A DNA stretch of 7,547 nt from a virus (lineage: Duplodnaviria > Heunggongvirae > Uroviricota > Caudoviricetes). Below, piece after piece: positions 1 through 6,490 of this stretch; the stretch's first letter is position 1, and each line of letters starts with the position of its first letter. The notes under the pieces are model-generated. The model was not told the DNA's origin, did no database searches, and was given only the letters and a program-made list of their open reading frames with translations. The stretch is taken from IMG/VR virus record IMGVR_UViG_2585427710_000007, positions 1 to 7,547 of that record; one strand, written 5' to 3'. A program made the translations under genes and the position numbers.

Positions 1-164
1 ACAAATACTGCTCGGCGATCTATCAGCCAACGCCCACGAATTTTTTGTGGTCTTGGAACGATGTATCCTAGTTTTCCGTATTTCACCAGGGTAGTGTTTG
101 TTATTGGGAGACTGAACCGTTTTGGTTTCCACTCATCGAGCGTTATCAGGTACTGTTCGCTCAT
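1..164 (-). CDS. Hypothetical protein, N-terminal 54 codons only (gene runs off the left edge)
   Basis: Minus-strand ATG at 164..162 with GGAG 9 nt upstream (rev-comp of 171-174). Open frame to position 1, reading MSEQYLITLDEWKPKRFSLPITNTTLVKYGKLGYIVPRPQKIRGRWLIDRRAVF. Absent from the ORF track, apparently for length. Does not look like RecT. Confidence 0.4.
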   Translation of the reverse strand, partial: MSEQYLITLDEWKPKRFSLPITNTTLVKYGKLGYIVPRPQKIRGRWLIDRRAVF

Positions 165-225
165 GGCTATCACTCCGGAACGCGCCAGTTGCAGAATACC
201 AACGACAACTGGCGACGGTTGAACA

Positions 226-2628
226 TTAAAAATCAGCCTGACTCGGGATCAGTTTTTGCCAGATAGCTGAAACGTATTTTGCCTGGTAACGCGCATCGTG
301 CAGGGCATTATGGCGCTCACCCTCAAATGTGATGACACTTCGAGCATCGAAATCCATCACCAGTCCCATAGCAACCATCGTTCTTACATCGCGATCATTG
401 GTGTAACGCCATGGGCAGGGGATCCCCTGCCGTTCATATGAACGGCGTAAAATTACGTTGTCAAAGTTGGCTCCATTTCCCCAGACCTGAACAAAAAATT
501 CACCGGAGTTTTCGTCGATAAATTCCCGTAATTGCAACAGTGCGTCATCCAACGGGATTTCATCGGTCAGAATGGCTGATTGTGCTTCCCGTGACTGTTT
601 CAGCCACCACTTAATGGTGTCCCGATCGATGACTCCGCCCGCGGTTTCCAGATCGATAGTTTTGCTGAATTCTGGCCCCATCTCTCCGGTTGCCGGATCA
701 AAAAACTTACCGGCCAGAGCGTTTATTGGCGCATCAGGATTTTTGCCCATTGTTTCAAGGTCAATCATCAGATGGTGCCACAACCTGCTGGTGGATGTGC
801 TTTCGTGATGACCGTTCACCTTAATTAAGGGATTTGCTGTCTCGCCTGTTTCATTATTGCCATTGGCATGTTGATCGCCTTCGGTGCACTCCTTGTTCGG
901 GTATACGGCACTCTCCATTTCCTCTGGATCTTTCTCCCGGGCTTCATCCTGGCTTTCTTCGTTGAATGTTTCCTGGTATGTTGCGTCGCCCATTACCGCG
1001 CCACAGTCAGGACAGTTGCCGTCGCCGGTCTGACCGCAGGCGGTGCAGACTTTTTCCGGTTCTTGTTGCTCTTCTGGTTCAGGCTGTTTCGTTTCCGGCT
1101 CGTTTTGTTCCGATTCGTGCTGGTTCTGGTTCACAGAATCGCGGGTTTCAATCCCCTTCACCCATTTCGGATCATTCGGGTCGCTAATCCCTTCAACAAA
1201 TTCTCCGTGAGAAGCAGCCAGTAATTTATCTGCATCGACAGGATTTTTGGGGGGAATGTTTTTCCTGGCTTCATGGAGTTCTGCACGCAGTTTCTGATAT
1301 TTCGCATCAACAGAATTTATCTGTGGCTGAGCATCCATCGACTGCGTGTCCTGATTATGTTCAGTTGTATCCGGTTCCACTGCTTCAGTCGTTGCCTGTT
1401 CATCTGCCATTGCGCCAGTTGGCTGCGGTTTTTCTTCATCATCCTGTTTTCCTTCTTTTGTTACACGCTGCGGCATTGGAGCAGAGGAGCGACCGCAGGC
1501 AATATCCACGATTTCTGGATCAGGGTTGGCATGGTCGGTTTCGGTCAGTACTTTGTTCAGATATTCGGTAACACGGTGGGGAGTAGCCTCGATACCAATT
1601 GGTGCTTCTTTCACGGACGCAACCACTATCGCGCGGGAATAATCCAGGTGACCAGGCATGGCGATGAATTTGTCACGAAAAACAGAAAAGGGCGGCTTAT
1701 TCTCTGAAACGATTTCTTCAATGCGTTTGGCGTGTGCCGGATGTGGATTGTAAATATCGATGTCCATTGAACGGGCCAGAACGCCAGCGGCAACGTCACG
1801 TTCCACTGACGCATCATCGTGGACAAAACCTTCACCGCGATCGGTAAGAATTCCTCCGCCAGCATTAGCGCCGGATGGCGTGCGGCTGATGCGTAAAACA
1901 CGATTTCCTTTCATCCACTCTTTTGTCAGCAGACCTCGATCGGTATAGTCAGCGTCCAGGTATGCTTCGAAAAAAGCAGTCATTAACCCCAGATTGGAAT
2001 TAACGGGATTAGGGAAAACTTTGTCTGTGTCGCGTACCAGTTTGTGAAGGTCGCGAATCTCCAGCGGGTCGAGCAGCTTTGTGTTGTGGGAAATAGCCAG
2101 GGCAGTAACAGCAGGCAGTTCTTCAGCTCGTGCGATATGTAATGCCTGAAGTTCTTCCCGTGAAACGTGCGTTACCGGTTTTTCGCTGCCATGTTGCGCA
2201 AGCCAGCGAATGGGCAGTTCCTGACCGGAAATCGGCAGGAGCATATTATCCTCAATCTCAGCCATGTCTTCGCCATTGACGTTGGTATTGTCAGTGCTGG
2301 CAGGTTTGTCCTGAACTGAGGGGGAAGGCGCTATAAATATCATTGTGATGCCATCTTCTCCGCCTTTTTCATAGCGGTTGCAGAATTCGGTATCAAACAC
2401 ACCTTCAGGCGGCAGGTCATTAACAATAGGCAAATTCACGCGAACAGGTTTTTTGAAATCCTCTTCGTCAAATCCAGCATCGTCCATTGCGACAACACCC
2501 CGTGATATTGCAACCGATAATTTTTTTGCTGTGCGCCAGTAAAAACCGCCTTTAATCCCAAGGCGTTTTCTGACTTTGTCATTTTTGGCTTCGTAATACA
2601 GTGCAATTTCTTCTTTATCAGTGCTCAT
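226..2628 (-). CDS. RecE-like (exodeoxyribonuclease VIII-like) protein, 800 aa, with a C-terminal DnaQ-like DEDDh 3'-5' exonuclease domain
   Basis: Track ORF with GAGG 7 nt upstream of the ATG at 2628. N-terminal and central regions resemble my recollection of Rac RecE (for example [27 protein letters not shown]). There is an acidic low-complexity linker and a C-x2-C-x7-C-x2-C zinc-ribbon-like motif ([16 protein letters not shown]). The C-terminus carries Exo I (MIDLETMG), Exo II ([10 protein letters not shown]) and Exo III ([13 protein letters not shown]) motifs. Confidence 0.85.
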   Translation of the reverse strand: MSTDKEEIALYYEAKNDKVRKRLGIKGGFYWRTAKKLSVAISRGVVAMDDAGFDEEDFKKPVRVNLPIVNDLPPEGVFDTEFCNRYEKGGEDGITMIFIAPSPSVQDKPASTDNTNVNGEDMAEIEDNMLLPISGQELPIRWLAQHGSEKPVTHVSREELQALHIARAEELPAVTALAISHNTKLLDPLEIRDLHKLVRDTDKVFPNPVNSNLGLMTAFFEAYLDADYTDRGLLTKEWMKGNRVLRISRTPSGANAGGGILTDRGEGFVHDDASVERDVAAGVLARSMDIDIYNPHPAHAKRIEEIVSENKPPFSVFRDKFIAMPGHLDYSRAIVVASVKEAPIGIEATPHRVTEYLNKVLTETDHANPDPEIVDIACGRSSAPMPQRVTKEGKQDDEEKPQPTGAMADEQATTEAVEPDTTEHNQDTQSMDAQPQINSVDAKYQKLRAELHEARKNIPPKNPVDADKLLAASHGEFVEGISDPNDPKWVKGIETRDSVNQNQHESEQNEPETKQPEPEEQQEPEKVCTACGQTGDGNCPDCGAVMGDATYQETFNEESQDEAREKDPEEMESAVYPNKECTEGDQHANGNNETGETANPLIKVNGHHESTSTSRLWHHLMIDLETMGKNPDAPINALAGKFFDPATGEMGPEFSKTIDLETAGGVIDRDTIKWWLKQSREAQSAILTDEIPLDDALLQLREFIDENSGEFFVQVWGNGANFDNVILRRSYERQGIPCPWRYTNDRDVRTMVAMGLVMDFDARSVITFEGERHNALHDARYQAKYVSAIWQKLIPSQADF

Positions 2629-2720
2629 TGATAAACCTCATAACTATTTTAAGGTTGTACGAATCCCTGCCATTGCTGGCATACTTAATCAACGGGTATG
2701 GCGTTAATATGGCTGGCGGG

Positions 2721-2909
2721 TTATCCAGCCGGTATTTCGTTATTCAGGTACAGCGATACTTTTTTTAACGGGAGACATTCGCCAGAAATTTTTTGCTCGT
2801 CTCTTGCACGGAGGCATGATTCTTTACTGGCATAAATTCCGGTAATCACTTTCTGTGGCTCACCTGTTATCAGAAAAACCGTCATCATCAGTGTAAACGC
2901 TGAACTCAC
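2721..2909 (-). CDS. ydfD: YdfD-like small protein with a hydrophobic N-terminus (lysis-type peptide)
   Basis: GTG start at 2909 with GGAGG 6 nt upstream; GTGA start/stop overlap with dicB. The N-terminus SSAFTLMMTVFLITG is hydrophobic. Sits immediately downstream of dicB, as ydfD does in Qin. Family assignment is from memory and synteny. Confidence 0.6.
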   Translation of the reverse strand: MSSAFTLMMTVFLITGEPQKVITGIYASKESCLRARDEQKISGECLPLKKVSLYLNNEIPAG

Positions 2910-3094
2910 TGCTGCCCTCCGAAAATGCCAAGTTCAAGAAGGGCAATTCTGGAGAGTATGGAATTATCATTGAGAAGATAAGGCTCATATTTTCTCATCC
3001 TGATGGCGTCCTCAGTAAACTCCCGGTTACTGAGCAGAATACCAATATTAAAACACCCTTCAGACGTATTAACGTTTGGTAGTGACGTTTCCAT
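2906..3094 (-). CDS. dicB: Cell division inhibitor DicB homolog (62 aa)
   Basis: ATG at 3094 with GAGGA about 7 nt upstream. The product METSLPNVNTSEGCFNIGILLSNREFTEDAIRMRKYEP... matches my recollection of the DicB N-terminal half (LPNVNTSEGCF, FTEDAI). It lies about 175 nt downstream of a DicF-like element, as in Qin. Confidence 0.8.
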   Translation of the reverse strand: METSLPNVNTSEGCFNIGILLSNREFTEDAIRMRKYEPYLLNDNSILSRIALLELGIFGGQQ

Positions 3095-3271
3095 TATCGC
3101 GTCCTCAACAATGAATTTTGTGATGTGGTGCCTGGTGCCTCCAGGTGACGTTAACCAGTTAACAATTAACGCCGGATTGTTAGTTGATGTCTGTTACGCC
3201 AGTAAAAGACCGCTTGTTTTAACTGTTCCGCGTGCGCTTAGCCGCATTCACCGCATCACAAAATACACTTT

Positions 3272-3311
3272 AAAAATGGCGGATATCCATTTCCGCCGAA
3301 TCACCAGAAAA
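3272..3311 (-). ncRNA. dicF: DicF-like small RNA candidate (shortened variant) ending in an intrinsic terminator
   Basis: Minus-strand sequence UUUUCUGGUGAUUCG-GGCGGA-aauggaua-UCCGCC-AUUUUU. The 5' motif UUUCUGGUGA matches the start of K-12 DicF as I recall it. A 6-bp GC stem (3292-3297 / 3278-3283) with an 8-nt loop is followed by a U-run (3272-3277). Position upstream of dicB matches Qin. The 5' end is not defined. Confidence 0.5.
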
Positions 3312-3652
3312 GTGATAACAGAGGTTGTTGTGGCGGTGTTGTCACTCAGGCGTATGGTCAACCTGACAACCCGGTGCATTTTCTGGAGTAATGGAGGAAG
3401 CCCCAGCCATACTTACCGCCGCGCCATTTCGCGGATTGCCACAACCGGAAGCGCACGATCGAATTAAATTTAACGACGACCTGTACAGAGAGACTAACTT
3501 CGCCGTGCGCTTTCGTGTTATGCCCTGACTTTTCAGGGATATGTTCTTTCAGTAAACTGTCAGTGCCGGATTCTTATCCGTGTCCGGCGCACGACCACAC
3601 GTGACAGCGTGTTGGTCTCCATTTTTAACCCAGAACCTCTATGGAGGATAAA

Positions 3653-3955
3653 ATGCACTCTAAATCAAATCGATATTATGTTCATGTGCAGTTATTTGAA
3701 GCAACAATGGAACAGGAGAAAAAGTTCGAGACTCTGATGCCAAATTTTAAATACTCCAGGATGATTAATGAAGGTGACGTTGAATATAAATTGTTGCCAG
3801 GGGCATACGTTATTCAGTCAACGCTCAATTCGAATCAAATACTTGAACAAACCTTTTCTGTTGCTAATTCAGTTGGTGTTAATGCTCACATTTTTGTTTG
3901 CCCTTATGATGAAAGTGCAACCCTTTTGCCTTGTGCTGATTTTGGCACTTACTAA
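3653..3955 (+). CDS. Hypothetical 100-aa protein; AT-rich moron in reverse orientation within the leftward operon
   Basis: GGAGG at 3643-3647, 5 nt before the ATG at 3653 (the track start at 3641 is less likely). The ORF is visibly AT-rich compared with the flanking sequence. No transmembrane segment or recognisable motif. Product MHSKSNRYYVHVQLFEATMEQEKKFETLMPNFKYSRMINEGDVEYKLLPGAYVIQ... Confidence 0.6.
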   Translation: MHSKSNRYYVHVQLFEATMEQEKKFETLMPNFKYSRMINEGDVEYKLLPGAYVIQSTLNSNQILEQTFSVANSVGVNAHIFVCPYDESATLLPCADFGTY

Positions 3956-4259
3956 CTAAATTTAATTTATGTTCAAGTTCGGCTATTTGCATACGTAGTG
4001 CTTTAACCATTGTTTCATGATAAATCTCACTCACTCCACCTGGGTGTGGGGTGAATTTAGGTGAATAATCTTTGTTTTCAGAACTCAGCTTCTCTTCGTA
4101 CAGCTTGATAAAGGCATTACGCACATTATGGGATATATTGTCGATGGTTTCTTTTTCTACGGTACTCAGGTCAAGAGTCGCCAGTTGAGAACGAACTATA
4201 TTCGCTGCCATTTCCTGGAATGGTACTGGTAAATCTTTAAATTCCATCGTCAACCTCAT
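3879..4259 (-). CDS. Hypothetical 126-aa protein at the ydfB/ydfC position of a dicB-type operon
   Basis: The ATG at 4259..4257 overlaps the ydfA-like stop (ATGA), suggesting translational coupling. An alternative ATG at 4247 has GAGG 6-8 nt upstream. The last 25 codons or so are read antisense to the 3' end of the plus-strand gene 3653-3955, giving a His/Lys-rich tail. Confidence 0.6.
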   Translation of the reverse strand: MRLTMEFKDLPVPFQEMAANIVRSQLATLDLSTVEKETIDNISHNVRNAFIKLYEEKLSSENKDYSPKFTPHPGGVSEIYHETMVKALRMQIAELEHKLNLVSKCQNQHKAKGLHFHHKGKQKCEH

Positions 4260-4411
4260 CAGTCAGTGTTTCTGGCTAACCAGCGACGCGCGCCAGCTTC
4301 AGTTTTAAACGTTTTGCTTCTGGTATACGTCATCGCGGTAAACGTGCCGTCCAGGTTGGAGAATACTCCGCATACCAGAGATTCGTTGTTGCCAAGATTG
4401 AGCGTATCCAT
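4259..4411 (-). CDS. ydfA: YdfA/YdaF-like small protein (DUF1391-type), 50 aa
   Basis: ATG at 4411 with GAGG about 6 nt upstream. Product MDTLNLGNNESLVCGVFSNLDGTFTAMTYTRSKTFKTEAGARRWLARNTD matches my recollection of Qin YdfA. First gene of the leftward operon. Below the ORF-track length cutoff. Confidence 0.65.
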   Translation of the reverse strand: MDTLNLGNNESLVCGVFSNLDGTFTAMTYTRSKTFKTEAGARRWLARNTD

Positions 4412-4640
4412 GTTGACCTCATTTACCCTTAACGCCGGGTCGCGGAACTAAAAACCTGCTGCGCTGTTATACAAAGTGTTCCCGCCGTCATGTTCATACG
4501 CCTCGGGCTGGCTACTTAACCCCTGACCACTGCCGGGTAACTCGAAGTATTGCCCTGCGTTCTGTTGAATGGGGTGGGTTGGTGAAACAAGGATGCACTT
4601 TTAAAGTTATTATGTCAACACTTATAAAGTTAGGTTGTGG

Positions 4641-4669
4641 GCAACAAAAACCGCCTCGAGATGAGACGG
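4641..4669 (-). terminator. Rho-independent terminator of the paaR2-paaA2-parE2-like operon
   Basis: On the minus-strand RNA, a 7-bp GC-rich stem (4663-4669 paired with 4651-4657, one G-U pair) with a 5-nt loop, followed by UUUUUGUUG (4641-4650), starting 12 nt after the parE stop. Confidence 0.6.
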
Positions 4670-4682
4670 CCCTGTGAAAGGG

Positions 4683-4970
4683 TTAGTTCTGCTTGGGGAA
4701 TTGGCGTCTGGCGTGTACTACACTCACGATCTCAATGCTTAAAGTGGCTACACGGTAAAGAATTATATAGTTAGGGTGAGCTACAATCTCACGCAAGCCA
4801 GGTACTCTGTCGCTTGGTGGGTATAAATACGGGTGTTCGGATAACGGCAGCACACACCCCCTTAATCGCTGCCATAAGCGTTCTGCCGCATCTATGTCGA
4901 AACGAGCAATATAACTAGTTATATCATCTAGGTCGGTATCTGCGCTTTCAAGCCATAACACGGGTAACAT
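4683..4970 (-). CDS. parE2: ParE-family toxin (ParE2-like) of a three-component TA system
   Basis: 95-aa ORF, MLPVLWLESADTDLDDITSYIARFDIDAAERLWQRL...HARRQFP, typical of the RelE/ParE fold and matching my recollection of E. coli O157 ParE2. Starts 3 nt after the paaA2 stop. Paralog 1 versus 2 cannot be settled by eye. Confidence 0.85.
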   Translation of the reverse strand: MLPVLWLESADTDLDDITSYIARFDIDAAERLWQRLRGCVLPLSEHPYLYPPSDRVPGLREIVAHPNYIILYRVATLSIEIVSVVHARRQFPKQN

Positions 4971-4973
4971 TTA

Positions 4974-5162
4974 CTACTTACTCCGTTCCTTGCGCATTTT
5001 AGCAAAGCGTTCTGCCATTCTGCGCTCAACCTCGTCATGGGGAATTGCTGGGCGCGGATTTGCAAGGCTCGCTGCTACTTTCGCACGCAGCCATTCGTTG
5101 TAACTGTTTTCTTGTTCAATGGTTTCGAACTCAGAAACCATTGGTGAAAGGGCCGTATTCAT
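4974..5162 (-). CDS. paaA2: PaaA2-like antitoxin (62 aa)
   Basis: Internal ATG at 5162 with GGAGG 6 nt upstream. Product MNTALSPMVSEFETIEQENSYNEWLRAKVAASLANPRPAIPHDEVERRMAERFAKMRKERSK, close to what I recall of PaaA2. The 83-aa track ORF from 5225 is rejected as an overextension into paaR. Confidence 0.85.
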   Translation of the reverse strand: MNTALSPMVSEFETIEQENSYNEWLRAKVAASLANPRPAIPHDEVERRMAERFAKMRKERSK

Positions 5163-5191
5163 GGCACACCTCCGTCTGTGTATGGTGGTCA

Positions 5192-5599
5192 TTATGCTCG
5201 ATGCCCTTTCCGGGCAGCGAGCCATCTTTCAATTGTGCGCTCCATTAACTCTTTTTTGTCTTTCATCTCCTGAAGCATTTGTCCCTGTTCTTCCTCTGGG
5301 AATGCACCAAATGTCTGAAGTAGCTCTCTTTGCTTCGGACCTATTTTCATTGTGTCAGGTACCACAATCTGTTCGTCCTCACTTGGTGGCAACATAAACC
5401 AATATGGAGGGAATCCTGTTACTTCAGAAAGTTTATCAAGATTAGCCATTGATGGGCTTGTGATGCCATGAACCCACTTTTGGACCGATTGTTGGGCAAC
5501 ACCTATTCTGCGGGCTAGTTCTGCTTGCTTAAGCCCTGTTTTTTCCAGCACCAGTTTTATCCGGTACGTGGTTATTTCAAGAGTGGTCATTCGCTTCAT
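5192..5599 (-). CDS. paaR2: PaaR2-like HTH (XRE/CI-like) transcriptional regulator, in the cI position
   Basis: 135-aa ORF with a helix-turn-helix region (LKQAELARRIGVAQQSVQKWVHG). Divergent from the Cro-like gene and first gene of the TA operon. The ATG at 5599 has no clear SD, so it may be leaderless; Met4 is an alternative start. Confidence 0.8.
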   Translation of the reverse strand: MKRMTTLEITTYRIKLVLEKTGLKQAELARRIGVAQQSVQKWVHGITSPSMANLDKLSEVTGFPPYWFMLPPSEDEQIVVPDTMKIGPKQRELLQTFGAFPEEEQGQMLQEMKDKKELMERTIERWLAARKGHRA

Positions 5600-5706
5600 G
5601 CATTCATTTTACACAAAAAAAGTGTAGCCAGCACAATCAGCTTGAAAGTGTTGATAGTGTAACTTTTAGAGTGTATAAGTGGTGTCGATTGATTGGAGTT
5701 AGCGAT
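5600..5706. promoter_or_regulatory. Divergent promoter/operator region of the immunity switch
   Basis: Rightward sigma70 candidate: -35 TTGATA (5651-5656), 17-bp spacer, -10 TATAAG (5674-5679). Leftward candidate -10 TAAAAT (rev-comp of 5606-5611), which would start transcription at or next to the paaR ATG. Palindrome TACAC-N7-GTGTA at 5610-5626 and repeated AGTGT motifs at 5647, 5656 and 5670. Confidence 0.5.
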
Positions 5707-5985
5707 ATGCATAAATGTTTAAAAAATAAAATTCGCCAAATAGGGTTATCCCAAGCGGGTGTTGCTCGCTTGATTGGGTTGCCACAGCAGGTTGTATGTC
5801 GATGGGTTAATGGGCAACAGGTCCCTGCATCAAGGGTTTTACAACTATGTGAGATTATGGCGTGGACTGTCACCCCCCACGAGCTCCGACCAGATATTTA
5901 CCCTAACCCAACCGATGGCCTGCCTTGTGGACGTAAGAGTACAGCGAATGAATTACTGGCGGTGAACAATGAAAATCACACCTGA
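5707..5985 (+). CDS. ydaS: Cro-like HTH protein of the YdaS family
   Basis: ATG at 5707 with GGAG 8 nt upstream (5695-5698); the track GTG start at 5671 is less likely. HTH region IGLSQAGVARLIGLPQQVVCRWVNG. Divergent from the repressor and overlaps the ydaT-like start by 17 nt. Confidence 0.7.
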   Translation: MHKCLKNKIRQIGLSQAGVARLIGLPQQVVCRWVNGQQVPASRVLQLCEIMAWTVTPHELRPDIYPNPTDGLPCGRKSTANELLAVNNENHT

Positions 5986-6490
5986 ACAGGTTTGCGAGGC
6001 TCTGGATGCCTGGGTATGCAGACCAGGAATGACGCAGGAGCAGGCGACGATATTAATTACTGAAGCCTTCTGGGCTCTACAGGAACGCCCGAACATCGAT
6101 GTTCAGCGTGTCACGCTTGATGATGGCGGGGTTGATCAGCGTGCGCTTGGCGTTAACCGGGTGAAGATATTCGAACGCTGGAAGGCTATCGACACCAGGG
6201 ATAAGCGTGAAAAATTCACGGCGCTGATTCCGGCAATTATGGAGGCTATCCGGATTAGTGATTTCAGGTTGTACCGCGAAATTACTGACGGAAAAAGCAT
6301 TACGTACATGATTGCCGGGTTAAACAAAGAATATGGAGATGTGGTGGAGTCCGGGCTGCTTTTTGCAGATCCAGCTGTTGTGGAACGTGAGACAGACGAG
6401 CTTATAGAAAAAGCAATCGCTTTCAAGCGTGCCTATCGTCACCAGTACCAACAAAAAGCCGGATGGAATTATGAGCCTTCTTTTTGCTGA
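5969..6490 (+). CDS. ydaT: YdaT-family protein (functional CII analogue in Rac-type prophages), 173 aa
   Basis: Position immediately after the Cro-like gene with overlapping start. The motif REKFTALIPAIMEA resembles my recollection of Rac YdaT. Confidence 0.65.
   Translation: MKITPEQVCEALDAWVCRPGMTQEQATILITEAFWALQERPNIDVQRVTLDDGGVDQRALGVNRVKIFERWKAIDTRDKREKFTALIPAIMEAIRISDFRLYREITDGKSITYMIAGLNKEYGDVVESGLLFADPAVVERETDELIEKAIAFKRAYRHQYQQKAGWNYEPSFC

Noticed and set aside
572-1948. Seven plus- and minus-strand track ORFs (572-808, 868-1224, 966-1187, 1273-1707, 1323-1571, 1626-1901, 1760-1948) lying inside the 800-aa gene
   Set aside because: All lie antisense to or out of frame within a long ORF with clear domain content. 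Their products are low-complexity (Arg/Leu/Phe-rich) and they have no SD support.
2711-2745. Hairpin GGCTGG-N8-CCAGCC followed by a T-rich stretch on the plus strand
   Set aside because: It lies at the 3' end of the ydfD-like coding region and has no upstream plus-strand gene to terminate. On the minus strand it is not followed by a U-run, so it is not called a terminator.
3003-3467. 154-aa plus-strand ORF
   Set aside because: It runs antisense across the dicB start and the DicF-like element, has no SD, and its product is Arg/Ser-rich low complexity typical of an antisense reading.
3384-3525. 44-codon plus-strand ORF starting at ATG 3391
   Set aside because: The GGAG lies only 2-3 nt before the ATG, which is too close. 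The product is unremarkable and the ORF lies in the presumed sRNA precursor region on the opposite strand.
3768-3959. 63-aa plus-strand ORF inside the moron
   Set aside because: It is an alternative frame of the 3653-3955 gene, with a hydrophobic low-complexity product and no independent start signal.
4266-4451. 61-aa plus-strand ORF
   Set aside because: It is antisense to the ydfA-like gene, which has an SD and a recognisable product; no SD of its own.
4565-4585. G-rich stretch TGGGGTGGGTTGGTG as a possible G-quadruplex
   Set aside because: Only two runs have three or more Gs, so it does not meet a standard four-run G4 pattern.
4974-5225. 83-aa extended form of the antitoxin ORF
   Set aside because: The extension overlaps the 3' end of the regulator gene and lacks an SD, whereas the internal ATG at 5162 has GGAGG at ideal spacing and gives the expected 62-aa antitoxin.
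5045-5397. Plus-strand ORFs 5045-5248 and 5119-5397
   Set aside because: Antisense to the paaA/paaR-like genes, with no start signals.
5637-5965. Minus ORF 5637-5873 and plus ORF 5774-5965
   Set aside because: They overlap the Cro-like gene in other frames or on the other strand; the products are Cys/Thr-rich or low complexity, with no SD.
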